A stretch of 21,779 nucleotides of DNA, taken from an uncultured archaeon. GTDB lineage: Archaea > Asgardarchaeota > Lokiarchaeia > Sigyniarchaeales > SOKP01. The position numbers were made by a program, and so were the translations under genes. Positions 9,489-20,825 of this stretch are shown here, piece after piece. Where the stretch lies: positions 1 through 21,779 of the forward strand of contig CAYLZE010000087.1 in assembly GCA_964388035.1 (NCBI GenBank), given 5' to 3'. Each line of letters begins with the position of its first letter. Position 1 is the first letter of the stretch. The notes beneath the pieces are model-generated. The model worked only from the letters and a program-made list of their open reading frames with translations. It did no database searches and was not told the origin of the DNA.

Positions 9489-10271
9489 TTAACTATTTTG
9501 AGACATAATTTCTTTTATCTTAATTTGAGGTTGATGATAACGTTCCCTATTTGCTGTATTTTTACCATATTGTATCGCTTTCTGGGGACAGAAATGAATA
9601 CATGCTAAGCATTGTTGACATTTATGTTGCCATTCTGGTTTTCCATCAACAATTTTAATATTACCTACAGGGCATACTTTTTCACAGATTTCGCAAGAAT
9701 CGCAATTTATATTCACATAAAAATCTTTATCAAGCTTATTAACCCTATTCCGGAAAAGTTTATTTATGGGTTTTAATATGACACTAAAAGGTTCTCTTCT
9801 TATTTTGCTTTGGTTGCTTTTAATGACTTCATAGATATTATTAAGAATTATACTTGCTTTTTCAAACATGCGTATTTGTGCTCCTTCAGAAGGAATATTA
9901 TACATTGGAATATAATTTATTGGCATTTGAATTGAAAAGCCAGCATTTAAACGTTTTGATTGTTTTTTTAATAATTTCTTAACTTGACTTAATGATGCTC
10001 CCGAACTACCACCTCCGCTAGTAATAATTGTAAAAATATAATCTGCTAAATGAGTATTTAATTTATTTAGAAATTCATAAACAATTGCTGGAAGTCCAAA
10101 TCCATATACAGGAAAAATTAATCCAATTCTTTCGGCAACTACTATAGGAGAATCTTGTTGCCATATCTTAGAAATTGGTACTAATTCACAATTTGATAAT
10201 TTTTCTGCTAATTTTTTTGCAATGTAAAGGGAATTCCCCGTTCCCGTAAAAAAGTAAATAATAGTTTTCAT
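9489..10271 (-). CDS. EFR1 family protein (flavodoxin domain plus 2x[4Fe-4S] ferredoxin)
   Basis: YFFTGTGNS, FPVY, MPINY, CDSCEICEKVCP and CQQCLACIHFCP motifs. The start at MKTIIY (10271) follows GAGGGGG. Confidence 0.92.
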   Translation of the reverse strand: MKTIIYFFTGTGNSLYIAKKLAEKLSNCELVPISKIWQQDSPIVVAERIGLIFPVYGFGLPAIVYEFLNKLNTHLADYIFTIITSGGGSSGASLSQVKKLLKKQSKRLNAGFSIQMPINYIPMYNIPSEGAQIRMFEKASIILNNIYEVIKSNQSKIRREPFSVILKPINKLFRNRVNKLDKDFYVNINCDSCEICEKVCPVGNIKIVDGKPEWQHKCQQCLACIHFCPQKAIQYGKNTANRERYHQPQIKIKEIMSQNS

Positions 10272-10471
10272 AATTTCCCCCTCTTGCATATTTTTTTATA
10301 GCTGGTCTTTTATGTAATTTTATGTTATAATCATATTTATTCCGAAATCTAAAAGATTGATTAAAAGAATTTAAATTTAAAAAGATCTTTACCAAGATTG
10401 AATTAATATATGAACTCCACTAATTATTTAGCTTTTGGAGCTTTAATATTTAAGCTATTGCAGAATAATTT

Positions 10472-11506
10472 TCACATTTTAATTAGTTCATATTTATATT
10501 TTGTGGGATTCCCCTTAGTAATATACATTTCGAGGTTAACCAAATCCATAATTATTGAACAAACCGACCCACCCCGACCAAACCGTTCGTTTCGTCTGTA
10601 TTTACGGCAAATCGGATGCTCTTTATTGGATTTATCCAAAAGAATCGATTTCATATCATCAATTGATTGTAATTGAACACCTTTAGCTAAAGATTCTGCT
10701 CGTTCATAGCGAGCAAGAGTATTGTCCATGTCTGATCCAAGGACTCCTGTAGAAATAATGGATTTATCTTTAAGATAATGATTGGTATGAACAAAAATTT
10801 CCTCTTCTTGCGAATTTTCAATTAAAAAATACTTTTTCCCTGCAAATTCCACATCCATGAATCTTCCTTTTTTATCACCAATTAAAATATTGCTAGCTGT
10901 TCCATGCTCATGATTTTTCATTTTATCAACCGCTTCTTCCAAATTCGCAGAATCCAATACTGCTCGCAATAAAATATGAATAGGAACGCCATTTAACTCT
11001 CCATCGATTCCCAAAAAATTCAAACAAGCCCCCACACCATCATTATTAAATCCAATCTTACCGATTATTCCAGGTTCTGTCATTTGAAGGATTTCCTGTC
11101 CATTTTCTTTCTTTATTCGCATGATAACTGCTAATGATTCCAAAGCTTCCGCCCAATCCCAATTTTGTGCAAGAATGCTCGTTTTGCTAAAATAGAGGGC
11201 GGTACATTCTTTCTTAAGCAAAGAGGTCAGCTCAGTTCTTCCGTTTAACACATAAATCCATAAGGGGTTTGCTCCAGATCCCTCTGCAATAGCTTCTATT
11301 TCCTCGCAATAATCAGGATTGAAACCATTAATAACTTTTTTAAATGCTTCCCCCTTCTTTAAAATAACTTCTTCCTCTAATCCGGAAGCTATGTGATAAG
11401 CTGCAATAGTTTTATGAATCCTATCCTTTATAATTTTTCCGTGCTGCAATCCAATTTCACGAGGAGATCCTTTAAGTTGGATAATCGGAAATTTTTCGAC
11501 GGGCAT
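10472..11506 (-). CDS. C45 family Ntn-hydrolase
   Basis: GSPREIGLQHG, EEIEAIAEGSG, LNGRTE, KE|CTA, AQNWDW, GKIGFN, HTNH and ICR motifs. Confidence 0.9.
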   Translation of the reverse strand: MPVEKFPIIQLKGSPREIGLQHGKIIKDRIHKTIAAYHIASGLEEEVILKKGEAFKKVINGFNPDYCEEIEAIAEGSGANPLWIYVLNGRTELTSLLKKECTALYFSKTSILAQNWDWAEALESLAVIMRIKKENGQEILQMTEPGIIGKIGFNNDGVGACLNFLGIDGELNGVPIHILLRAVLDSANLEEAVDKMKNHEHGTASNILIGDKKGRFMDVEFAGKKYFLIENSQEEEIFVHTNHYLKDKSIISTGVLGSDMDNTLARYERAESLAKGVQLQSIDDMKSILLDKSNKEHPICRKYRRNERFGRGGSVCSIIMDLVNLEMYITKGNPTKYKYELIKM

Positions 11507-11672
11507 ATTTTAATATCAACATGTAAAAAATTCAATAATAATTCTACTTAATTAGATAAATATATTTAACTTTTTACTTTCTCAAAAAAAAACCTATAGA
11601 TATATTGTAAAAGTTTTGCATAAATCATTTCAACGTCCACTATTTACCTCAAAAAGAGAAATTGACAATTAT

Positions 11673-11695
11673 GGAGAAAAAGTTTATATTTATAA
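11673..11695 (+). promoter_or_regulatory. Candidate archaeal BRE + TATA box upstream of the structured element
   Basis: GGAGAAAAAG followed by TTTATATTTATA, ~25-30 nt before the start of the self-complementary region. No + strand ORF of size follows. Confidence 0.45.
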
Positions 11696-11710
11696 TCAGA
11701 TATATAAAGA

Positions 11711-11880
11711 TTGAAGGACGATACTAACAATCAAGATTTCCCCCATACAACCTGGATTTTTGTCTTTTGGTTGGTGTAAATTTTTACACCTTTATTTGCC
11801 TTTCTCCTTCTTTATTGTTAATTACCTTGTATTGAGGTAGTGTATGCGGGGAAATCGCCTTAACTAAATTTCATTACTTT
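11711..11880 (+). ncRNA. Candidate structured non-coding RNA of unknown family
   Basis: GATTTCCCCCATAC (11735-11748) pairs with GTATG(C)GGGGAAATC (11842-11856). Inner hairpins at 11773-11790 and 11823-11839. AAGG (11714-17) and CCTT (11858-61) form a closing stem. Confidence 0.5.
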
Positions 11881-12001
11881 CTAGCATAATCGGCTTAATT
11901 TTGCTCTGATAATTCGTTAGAATAAAATCAAATTAAAAAAAAGAAAAAGTGAATGAGTAATTAATAATAGAGATACTTTATCAAAGACTTAGTCTGGACT
12001 A

Positions 12002-12263
12002 TTAATAAAATAGGCAATATGGAAATTTTCTTTTATGATTTCCCTTATTTAATAAATTAGACATTCTTTCAACGATTTTATCAATTTCAGTTTTAAATTT
12101 CAAACGTTGATCAAAAAAAGTATTATTTACGAGGAGCAATTGCGTTATTAAAATTTCTGGAATTTATAGAAATTTCTTAGCAAATACGAGCATTTCCTGA
12201 AGGAATTGCCCAGTCTCCTTTTTTTTCTAAAATTATAAATTTAAAATTATTTGCGATCGTCAT
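12002..12263 (-). pseudogene. Possible internally deleted gene remnant (enoyl-CoA hydratase-like ends)
   Basis: MTIANNFKFIILEKKGDWAI... resembles a crotonase N-terminus. In a shifted frame, QEMLVFAKKFL*IPEIL...VNNTFFDQRLKFKTE resembles a C-terminal helix region and contains an in-frame stop. Confidence 0.3.
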
Positions 12264-12304
12264 CTATTTGCTCTAATTTTGAATCTTATTTAAAATCACG
12301 CTCT

Positions 12305-12339
12305 AATATTCTTAGGATTTTTCCTAGTTGGAGAATATT
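12305..12339 (-). terminator. Hairpin directly after the DUF3795 stop codon
   Basis: AATATTCT (12305-12) pairs with AGAATATT (12332-39), enclosing TAGGA-TTTT-TCCTA. Confidence 0.35.
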
Positions 12340-12804
12340 TTAATCTACATTAACTTCAATTCCACATTTATTACACCGTTTTGCTCCCCGAAATAAGCTA
12401 TTCCCACATTCAGGACAAATATATCTTTTCTCTTCCTCTTCTACCCATTTATTATCTCCCCACTCTTTTCTCTGGGGGATAGCTCTCAAGATCACCTTTT
12501 TCCCTACGGCAATAGGAAAGTTTTTGATATATTTGCAAGGAAAATCTTCGCATTGATGGCATCCTTCGATTCCTTTTGTTTCACAGCAGCTTTTAATCGC
12601 ACAAGCTCTGCATACGGGGAAAACAACTCTTGAAGATAAACATCCCGTGCATGATATTTCATCTACGCCTTTTACGAATGCTTTATAAATTGGAAATAAT
12701 TTTTCTTTAAACTTTTGATTATTATCTCTATGGGCAATATAGATCGAGCATACACCACAATATAAACCGCAAGGAGCTAAAAGATCCTTATTCACTTCAA
12801 CCAT
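12340..12804 (-). CDS. DUF3795 domain Cys-rich metal-binding protein with C-terminal zinc ribbon
   Basis: APCGLYCGVC, CTGC, C..CAIKSCC..KG..GCHQCEDFPC and CPECG...CNKCG motifs. Confidence 0.88.
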   Translation of the reverse strand: MVEVNKDLLAPCGLYCGVCSIYIAHRDNNQKFKEKLFPIYKAFVKGVDEISCTGCLSSRVVFPVCRACAIKSCCETKGIEGCHQCEDFPCKYIKNFPIAVGKKVILRAIPQRKEWGDNKWVEEEEKRYICPECGNSLFRGAKRCNKCGIEVNVD

Positions 12805-12987
12805 TTATCCTTCCTCTTTTTTATTTGATCTCTCACAATTCAATATGATAATTTAACAATATTTTTATGATTATAAAAAAGTTACCTTTTCACTATAATT
12901 TTCTATAGGATTTAAATAATAATATACATTAGTATAGTATGATCATTTTTCATCAATTTTAATCATCTTGTTTTATTAAACGTAAAA

Positions 12988-13746
12988 ATGTCTGAGTCTA
13001 ATGATAAGATTTCGAAATTAAGTATGCAAATATCGGGATTAAATAATCGATTTAACTTCCTTCAAGACATTCTGTTAAATATTAAAAAGGATATTGATCT
13101 TTTAAAAAAAAGTAGAATTCAAGAAAATTATTATTTTAATATAACTAAAGCAACAAGTAATCGCTTGACTAAATTTTTAGATAATCGACCTAAAGATTGT
13201 AAAATTTTAGATTATTGTAACACATTGATAGAAAAAGGAGTTTTTCGAGTTTTACGAACATTAATGGAGCATGGAACCGAATCAGCTATTAGAAAAATTG
13301 ATAAATATCTTGAATTTTCTAAATCAAGTGCTGCGTCGAAAGCATGTGAAAATAGGGAATGTTTTAAAAACGCTTTAGACATTTATGAAGTTCTAAAAAA
13401 TTTAATATTAAAATCAAAAGAGTTTTCTTCAAGATATTTGGAAGAAATGATTATGATCAATGATGAATTACCTTTAACTGAAGGGGATGAGGAGGATATT
13501 AATCAGATTTTATCTCCTTTATGTAATATTATTAGAATAAAAATATTAAAAAATTTGAGTAAAGGGGGCAAGTATTATTCTGAATTAGAACAAGATATGG
13601 GAATAAAAGCTGGTCACTTGCTTTTTCATGTAAATAAGTTAATAGAAAATGATTACGTAGCTCAAGAGAAGAAGAAATATATCATTACATTAACTGGATT
13701 AAAAGCATTACAAATAATATATCAGTTAAAACAATGTTTTTCTTAA
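12988..13746 (+). CDS. Transcriptional regulator: C-terminal ArsR-like winged HTH, N-terminal helical/Cys-containing domain
   Basis: LSPLCNIIRIKILKNL...YYSELEQ...GHLLFHVNKL...YIITLTG. N-terminal coiled-coil-like segment and CxxxxxC, CxxxxC motifs. Confidence 0.85.
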   Translation: MSESNDKISKLSMQISGLNNRFNFLQDILLNIKKDIDLLKKSRIQENYYFNITKATSNRLTKFLDNRPKDCKILDYCNTLIEKGVFRVLRTLMEHGTESAIRKIDKYLEFSKSSAASKACENRECFKNALDIYEVLKNLILKSKEFSSRYLEEMIMINDELPLTEGDEEDINQILSPLCNIIRIKILKNLSKGGKYYSELEQDMGIKAGHLLFHVNKLIENDYVAQEKKKYIITLTGLKALQIIYQLKQCFS

Positions 13747-14041
13747 ATATTAAGCGAAATGAGTAAGTGATTTAATTTGTGTAATTTTTTAAACTAGTTT
13801 ATTTCTCTTTTTTTCTAATGAATGTCGCAATTATTTTTGAACTAACTTTATTTATAAATTGAAATAAATAAATGATAACTTGAGCTTAATAATTTAAAAT
13901 ACTCATCAATTTTAATATCATTATCCTTTTTAATTTTAAGATTTTAAACTTAGTTATTAAGATGATGAAATTTTAATCACAATAAGAATATCGTTAAAAA
14001 ACATTTTTCCCGTTCATCTAATTATAAGGTGGTTTTGGTAA

Positions 14042-16456
14042 ATGAGTGTTAAAGATACATTGAAATACAAAGAACTGTCAATTAATAAGACAATTCTATC
14101 GTTAGAAGGAACTCTAATGGGTTTATCCCAAGAAGAAGCTCAAAAAAGGTTGGAACAATTTGGAGAGAACAGAATTGAAAAAGAAAAGAGATCTCCCATT
14201 ATCTCTTTTTTTTCTCGATATTGGGGCCCTATGCCTTGGCTATTAGAATTGGCTATCATTTTATCTTTAATTGTCGCACATTATCTTGAGGTAATTGTAA
14301 TATTTATATTACTAACTATTAATGTAATTATAGGGTTTTTTCATGAGAGGAATGCTAGAAATGTTCTTGATCTCCTTTCCAAAAAATTAGCAATCAAGGG
14401 TAAAATTTTGCGGGATGGAGAATGGGAAATTAAAGATTCTAGTGAGATCGTTCCGGGAGATATTTTTATCATAGGTTTAGGAGATGTCATTCCCGCTGAT
14501 GGGAAAGTAATTAGTGGAACACTCACTGTCGATCAATCTTCTCTAACAGGTGAATCTAAACCAGTAATCAAAAATCCATCCGATATCATCTTTTCTAGTA
14601 GTACTGTAAATCGAGGGGAGGCAAAATGTATTGCACTAAATACGGGAAAAAATACTTATTTTGGAAAAACCGTCGAATTGGTCAAAATAGCTAAACCCAA
14701 ATCTCATCAAGAAGATTTGGTTTTCACTTTAAATAAATATTTAGTTATTTCTGGTGTTATTGCATTGATTTTAATATCAGTAAATGCTATTTTTTTGGGA
14801 GCTGGTTTAATATCCATTATTATATATGCAATTATTATCTTGATGGGTTCAATTCCTGTGGCCTTACCCACGGTTTTTGCAGTATTACAATCTGTTGGGG
14901 CAAAGGAACTTGCTGACAAAAAAGTATTAATAACAAAACTCGATTCTATTGAAGATGCCGCTTCTATGAATATCCTTTGCATCGATAAAACCGGAACTAT
15001 TACTCAAAATATTTTATCTATTATTGACGTACTTCCATTTTTTGGAAAAAGTAAAGAAGCGATTATTAAAATAGCAAAATTGGCTTCTCTCGAAGAGAGT
15101 AAAGATGATATTGATCTTATGATTATCAATTATGCCAATAAGTATTTGAAAGATTTTTATCAATTCAAGCGGCTAGATTTCATACCATTTGATTCTACTA
15201 TCAAACGTTCAGAAGCATTGATTGAGGAAAATAACGTGAAATATAAAGCTTTAAAAGGCGCTCCTCAAGTAATAATGGCTCTTTCTTCTAACCTTAATCC
15301 AGAATCCCGCAATACAATAAATATCGAATTAGAAAAGTTATCTCTTAAAGGGTTTAGAACCTTGGGTGTGGCTGCATCTGAAGATAATGATATCACCAAA
15401 CTAAATTTTCTAGGTTTAATTGTAATAGCAAATCCATTAAGACAAGACTCGAAAGAAATGATAAATAATGTTAAAGAATTAGGAGTAAAACCAATAATGT
15501 TAACAGGAGATAACTTAAGTATAGCAAAAGAAATAGCACGGGAAGTATCCTTAGGGAACAATGTAGTAGCAATCGATTCTTTTAGACAACTAAATAAACA
15601 AGAATTAAGTGCCAAAATTGATAGTTATGACGGGATTGCTGAAATTTATCCAGAAGATAAATATAATATCGTTAAGCTTTTTCAAGCGAAGGGACACATC
15701 GTGGGAATGACCGGTGATGGTGTCAACGATGCTCCTGCTTTAAAACAAGCTGAAATTGGAATTGCTGTGAATAATTCTACAGACGTAGCCAAATCATCTG
15801 CTGCCATTGTGTTAATGGAAGAGGGACTTGGGGTTATAAATGATGCGATAGAAACAAGTAGAAAGATTTACCAAAGAATGCTATCTTGGGTTTTGAATAA
15901 GATCTCTAAGGTAATTCAGATTATAGGAATTCTTGTAGTAGGATTTTTTATACTGCATTTTTTTATAATTTCGTTATTGGGAATCATTCTTATCATGTTT
16001 GCAAATGATTTTGTAACAATTTCTTTAGCGACAGATAATGTAGTACCAACAAAAAATCCCGATATATGGAATATGAAAAAAATGATGATCCCTTCTTCCG
16101 TAATTGGGATTGGATTAGTGGTTCAAGCAATAATTGCCGTGCAAGTTGGACTTACAATTTTCAATTTAAATGAGGAACAATTAAGTACATTCATTACGGT
16201 ATTGGTTATTTTTTCTAGTCAATTTAGGATTTATATCATTCGAGAAAGAAGACACTTCTGGTCATCTTTTCCCGGGAAAGAATTGTTGATTTCTACTATT
16301 GCTGCACTAATCGTTTTTGTAATATTTGGCATCTTTGGTATCTTAATCTCAGCCCTATCAATATCTCAAATTTTGTTTCTCTTGTTATATTCATCTATAT
16401 TCACGTTTAGTTTAGATTTCATAAAATTTTTTGTATTTGAGAAAATAAATTTGTAA
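14042..16456 (+). CDS. P-type ATPase, subfamily IIIA (plasma-membrane proton-efflux H+-ATPase)
   Basis: WGPMPWLLE, DQSSLTGES, IPVALP, DKTGT, KGAP, MLTGD, TGDGVNDAPALK, and M6 ANDF (proton-acceptor Asp). Confidence 0.92.
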   Translation: MSVKDTLKYKELSINKTILSLEGTLMGLSQEEAQKRLEQFGENRIEKEKRSPIISFFSRYWGPMPWLLELAIILSLIVAHYLEVIVIFILLTINVIIGFFHERNARNVLDLLSKKLAIKGKILRDGEWEIKDSSEIVPGDIFIIGLGDVIPADGKVISGTLTVDQSSLTGESKPVIKNPSDIIFSSSTVNRGEAKCIALNTGKNTYFGKTVELVKIAKPKSHQEDLVFTLNKYLVISGVIALILISVNAIFLGAGLISIIIYAIIILMGSIPVALPTVFAVLQSVGAKELADKKVLITKLDSIEDAASMNILCIDKTGTITQNILSIIDVLPFFGKSKEAIIKIAKLASLEESKDDIDLMIINYANKYLKDFYQFKRLDFIPFDSTIKRSEALIEENNVKYKALKGAPQVIMALSSNLNPESRNTINIELEKLSLKGFRTLGVAASEDNDITKLNFLGLIVIANPLRQDSKEMINNVKELGVKPIMLTGDNLSIAKEIAREVSLGNNVVAIDSFRQLNKQELSAKIDSYDGIAEIYPEDKYNIVKLFQAKGHIVGMTGDGVNDAPALKQAEIGIAVNNSTDVAKSSAAIVLMEEGLGVINDAIETSRKIYQRMLSWVLNKISKVIQIIGILVVGFFILHFFIISLLGIILIMFANDFVTISLATDNVVPTKNPDIWNMKKMMIPSSVIGIGLVVQAIIAVQVGLTIFNLNEEQLSTFITVLVIFSSQFRIYIIRERRHFWSSFPGKELLISTIAALIVFVIFGIFGILISALSISQILFLLLYSSIFTFSLDFIKFFVFEKINL

Positions 16457-16786
16457 ATGAAGCAAATAGATAAGAGCTAATTAATTTTTCTTGACAATAG
16501 TTTTTACGGATAATTACAAGAATCTGTTTTTATTTATAATTCCTTGAAAATCAATAAAAACTGTCTTAATATGGTTCAAAATCGAAGAATTATCTCTTTT
16601 CCATGAGTATTAAACTATAATCGCAACGTGCTAAGATGAGTGTATTATGCAGATTATAAAAAATCTCTTGGGGTTCTTGGGTAAACTTAAAATAATATCG
16701 GAACACCGATCATTAGAAAAAAATTAAAAAAAATAAATAGTTAAATATTCAAAAAAAATAAAAAAAAATATTTATGCCTTTGGAGA

Positions 16787-18973
<2,187 letters not shown>

Positions 18974-19045
18974 TCACCCTTATTTTTTATTATTCACCTT
19001 TTACTCGATTTTGTTCGAATTTAAATATATAGTTTAAAATTTCAA

Positions 19046-19097
19046 AATGTAATTTTTAATTACATTGGAATTATTCTTAATTAGTAACTAATACTAA
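19046..19097. promoter_or_regulatory. Cluster of palindromes in the katG/perR divergent intergenic region (candidate Fur/PerR operators)
   Basis: AATGTAATT-TTT-AATTACATT (19046-66), TTGGAAT-T-ATTCTTA (19065-79, Per-box-like), and TTAGTA-N5-TACTAA (19081-97). Confidence 0.5.
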
Positions 19098-19190
19098 AGA
19101 GTTTGGAGTATTAAAAAAGATTACTTTTTTAAAATAAAAGCAACTCTAATAAATTATCATATTAATTCGTAATTTACTAAATAAGTTAGA

Positions 19191-19619
19191 TTGATATTGA
19201 AGGATCAAGACTTAATTGTCTTATTACGGAAAAAAGGGTATAAAGTTACAACTCAACGCTTGGCAATATACAATTTCATAATCTCCAGGAAGGATCATCC
19301 CACCATTGACCAACTTCATGAAGCAATGAAAAGAAAATTCCCTATGATTAGTTTAGGAACTGTATATAAATCACTGCATTTATTAAATAAGCTAGGATTA
19401 ATACAAGAATTAGGATTTAGCGAAGGGAGCATTAGATTTGACCCGAATACCAAAATTCATATTAACATGGTATGTACTGAATGTGGGAAGATTATCGATT
19501 ATGACTCCGAATCATTAACAAGTTTCTGGAGAAAATTGATATCTAATTTGAAAGTTAAACCCAAAGGGCAGCGTATTGACTTATATTATAAATGTGATGA
19601 TTGTTCATATACTAAGTAA
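19191..19619 (+). CDS. Fur family transcriptional repressor, PerR-like
   Basis: KVTTQR, DHPT, SLGTVYKSL, RFD...HINMVCTECGKIID and CDDC motifs. Divergent from katG. Confidence 0.92.
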   Translation: MILKDQDLIVLLRKKGYKVTTQRLAIYNFIISRKDHPTIDQLHEAMKRKFPMISLGTVYKSLHLLNKLGLIQELGFSEGSIRFDPNTKIHINMVCTECGKIIDYDSESLTSFWRKLISNLKVKPKGQRIDLYYKCDDCSYTK

Positions 19620-19967
19620 AATTTTATTTTCCTCCGTTCATTAATGCATGTTCATAAAAAGATATGGGAATTGGACTTTTAACTTGAATATATTGAGTTT
19701 AGATAATTAGAAATACTTTCAAATTTCTAAGTTTTGTTTAGAAACCAATAAAGAAGAAGAGGTTTCCATTATTTATTATATCAAAATGCTCACATTTCAT
19801 AAGCTCTTACATATTTTTCAAAGGACAATGAATTAAGTGCTAAATCATGTAGATTTTGAAATACAAGCTCTTCAGACATGCTATCTTAATTTTGGAATGC
19901 ATTTTAATAAATTTAAAAAATAGAACATAATTAATTAAAACTAATAAAATCGAAAATAGATAAAATT

Positions 19968-20735
19968 ATGACTGAATTTGCAGAATATAAAAAGATTGGA
20001 AGAATTGGATACATTACTCTTCATAGGCCAGAATTAGATCTTCAAACAGTCAGAGATTTAATTGATGCGTTTAAAGAGAGCATGAATAATAAAGACGTGT
20101 GTGTGGTATTTACTTCAAGCAAAGAAAATTTTGCATTGGGAGAAGATTTAAAATATGCTTATGATCTAATTACAAATCCAGAAAAGCAATCTCAGGCATT
20201 TGATGAAGTATCAAACTTTCAAGAATTGACTTCTTTAATTAGAGAGCATCCAGGCATTATCATATGTGGCTATCGAGGATGGGTCATTGGAGGAGGTTTT
20301 GAGCTTACTCTTTTCTGTGACTTTCGGATTGCTGCCTCTGATACTAAAATTTGGCTCCCTGAATTAGAAGTAGGTATGTTCTTTTCAAATGCTTCTACGA
20401 AAATTTTAGCTTGGTTAATTGGAGGTAGTCATGCAAAAGAATTAATGATTTTAGGCAGCAAAATCAAAGCAGATAAAGCATTGGAGTATGGTATCGTTAA
20501 TAAAGTTTGCAAGCCGGAGGAATTAGATAAGGAGTGCAAGAAAATGGCCAAAAAAGTAGCTGAAAAAAGTCCCTTCGCTCTTACTCATGCAAAAAGACTA
20601 ATTAATGCCGGACCGGATATCACTTTTGATGAGGCATTATATAGAGAAAGTCGGGCAATGATCGCCTGCGGTAATTCAGAACAAGCAAAAATGAGAATAG
20701 AAACATTTCTTAATAGATCAAAAGGAGCAAAGTGA
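19968..20735 (+). CDS. Enoyl-CoA hydratase/isomerase (crotonase) family protein
   Basis: ITLHRP, FALGEDL, GGGFEL and LPE.EVG (both catalytic Glu positions present), ALEYGIVN. Confidence 0.92.
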   Translation: MTEFAEYKKIGRIGYITLHRPELDLQTVRDLIDAFKESMNNKDVCVVFTSSKENFALGEDLKYAYDLITNPEKQSQAFDEVSNFQELTSLIREHPGIIICGYRGWVIGGGFELTLFCDFRIAASDTKIWLPELEVGMFFSNASTKILAWLIGGSHAKELMILGSKIKADKALEYGIVNKVCKPEELDKECKKMAKKVAEKSPFALTHAKRLINAGPDITFDEALYRESRAMIACGNSEQAKMRIETFLNRSKGAK

Positions 20736-20825
20736 TTGAGAAGAAAAAAATCATTAGCGATACCATATTAGAGTATAAAATTTGTTTTTTGAGAGAAGAT
20801 AATTAAAAATTTTGAAAATAGCTTG

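Noticed and set aside
10420-10474. TGA stop of the third C45 gene (also the crotonase at 20733-35) as possible selenocysteine
   Set aside because: Both proteins are already full length, readthrough meets another stop within a short distance, and there is no redox-motif context or recognisable SECIS.
695-15615. Short ORFs antisense to or overlapping real genes (e.g. 695..925, 5438..5689, 10410..10676, 15265..15615)
   Set aside because: They overlap well-supported CDSs and have no family signatures.
16457-16786. Spacer between the convergent ATPase and katG, examined for att sites, IS ends or RNA genes
   Set aside because: Only A/T tracts (likely katG termination) were seen, and no repeat matching the other katG flank.
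19707-19730. Inverted repeat TTAGAAAT-N8-ATTTCTAA
   Set aside because: Nearly all A/T in a very AT-rich spacer, so compatible with chance.
19790-19879. Minus-strand 29-aa ORF MSEELVFQNLHDLALNSLSFEKYVRAYEM
   Set aside because: Protein-like but too short, with no motif or clear expression signal. It may be a remnant but cannot be supported.
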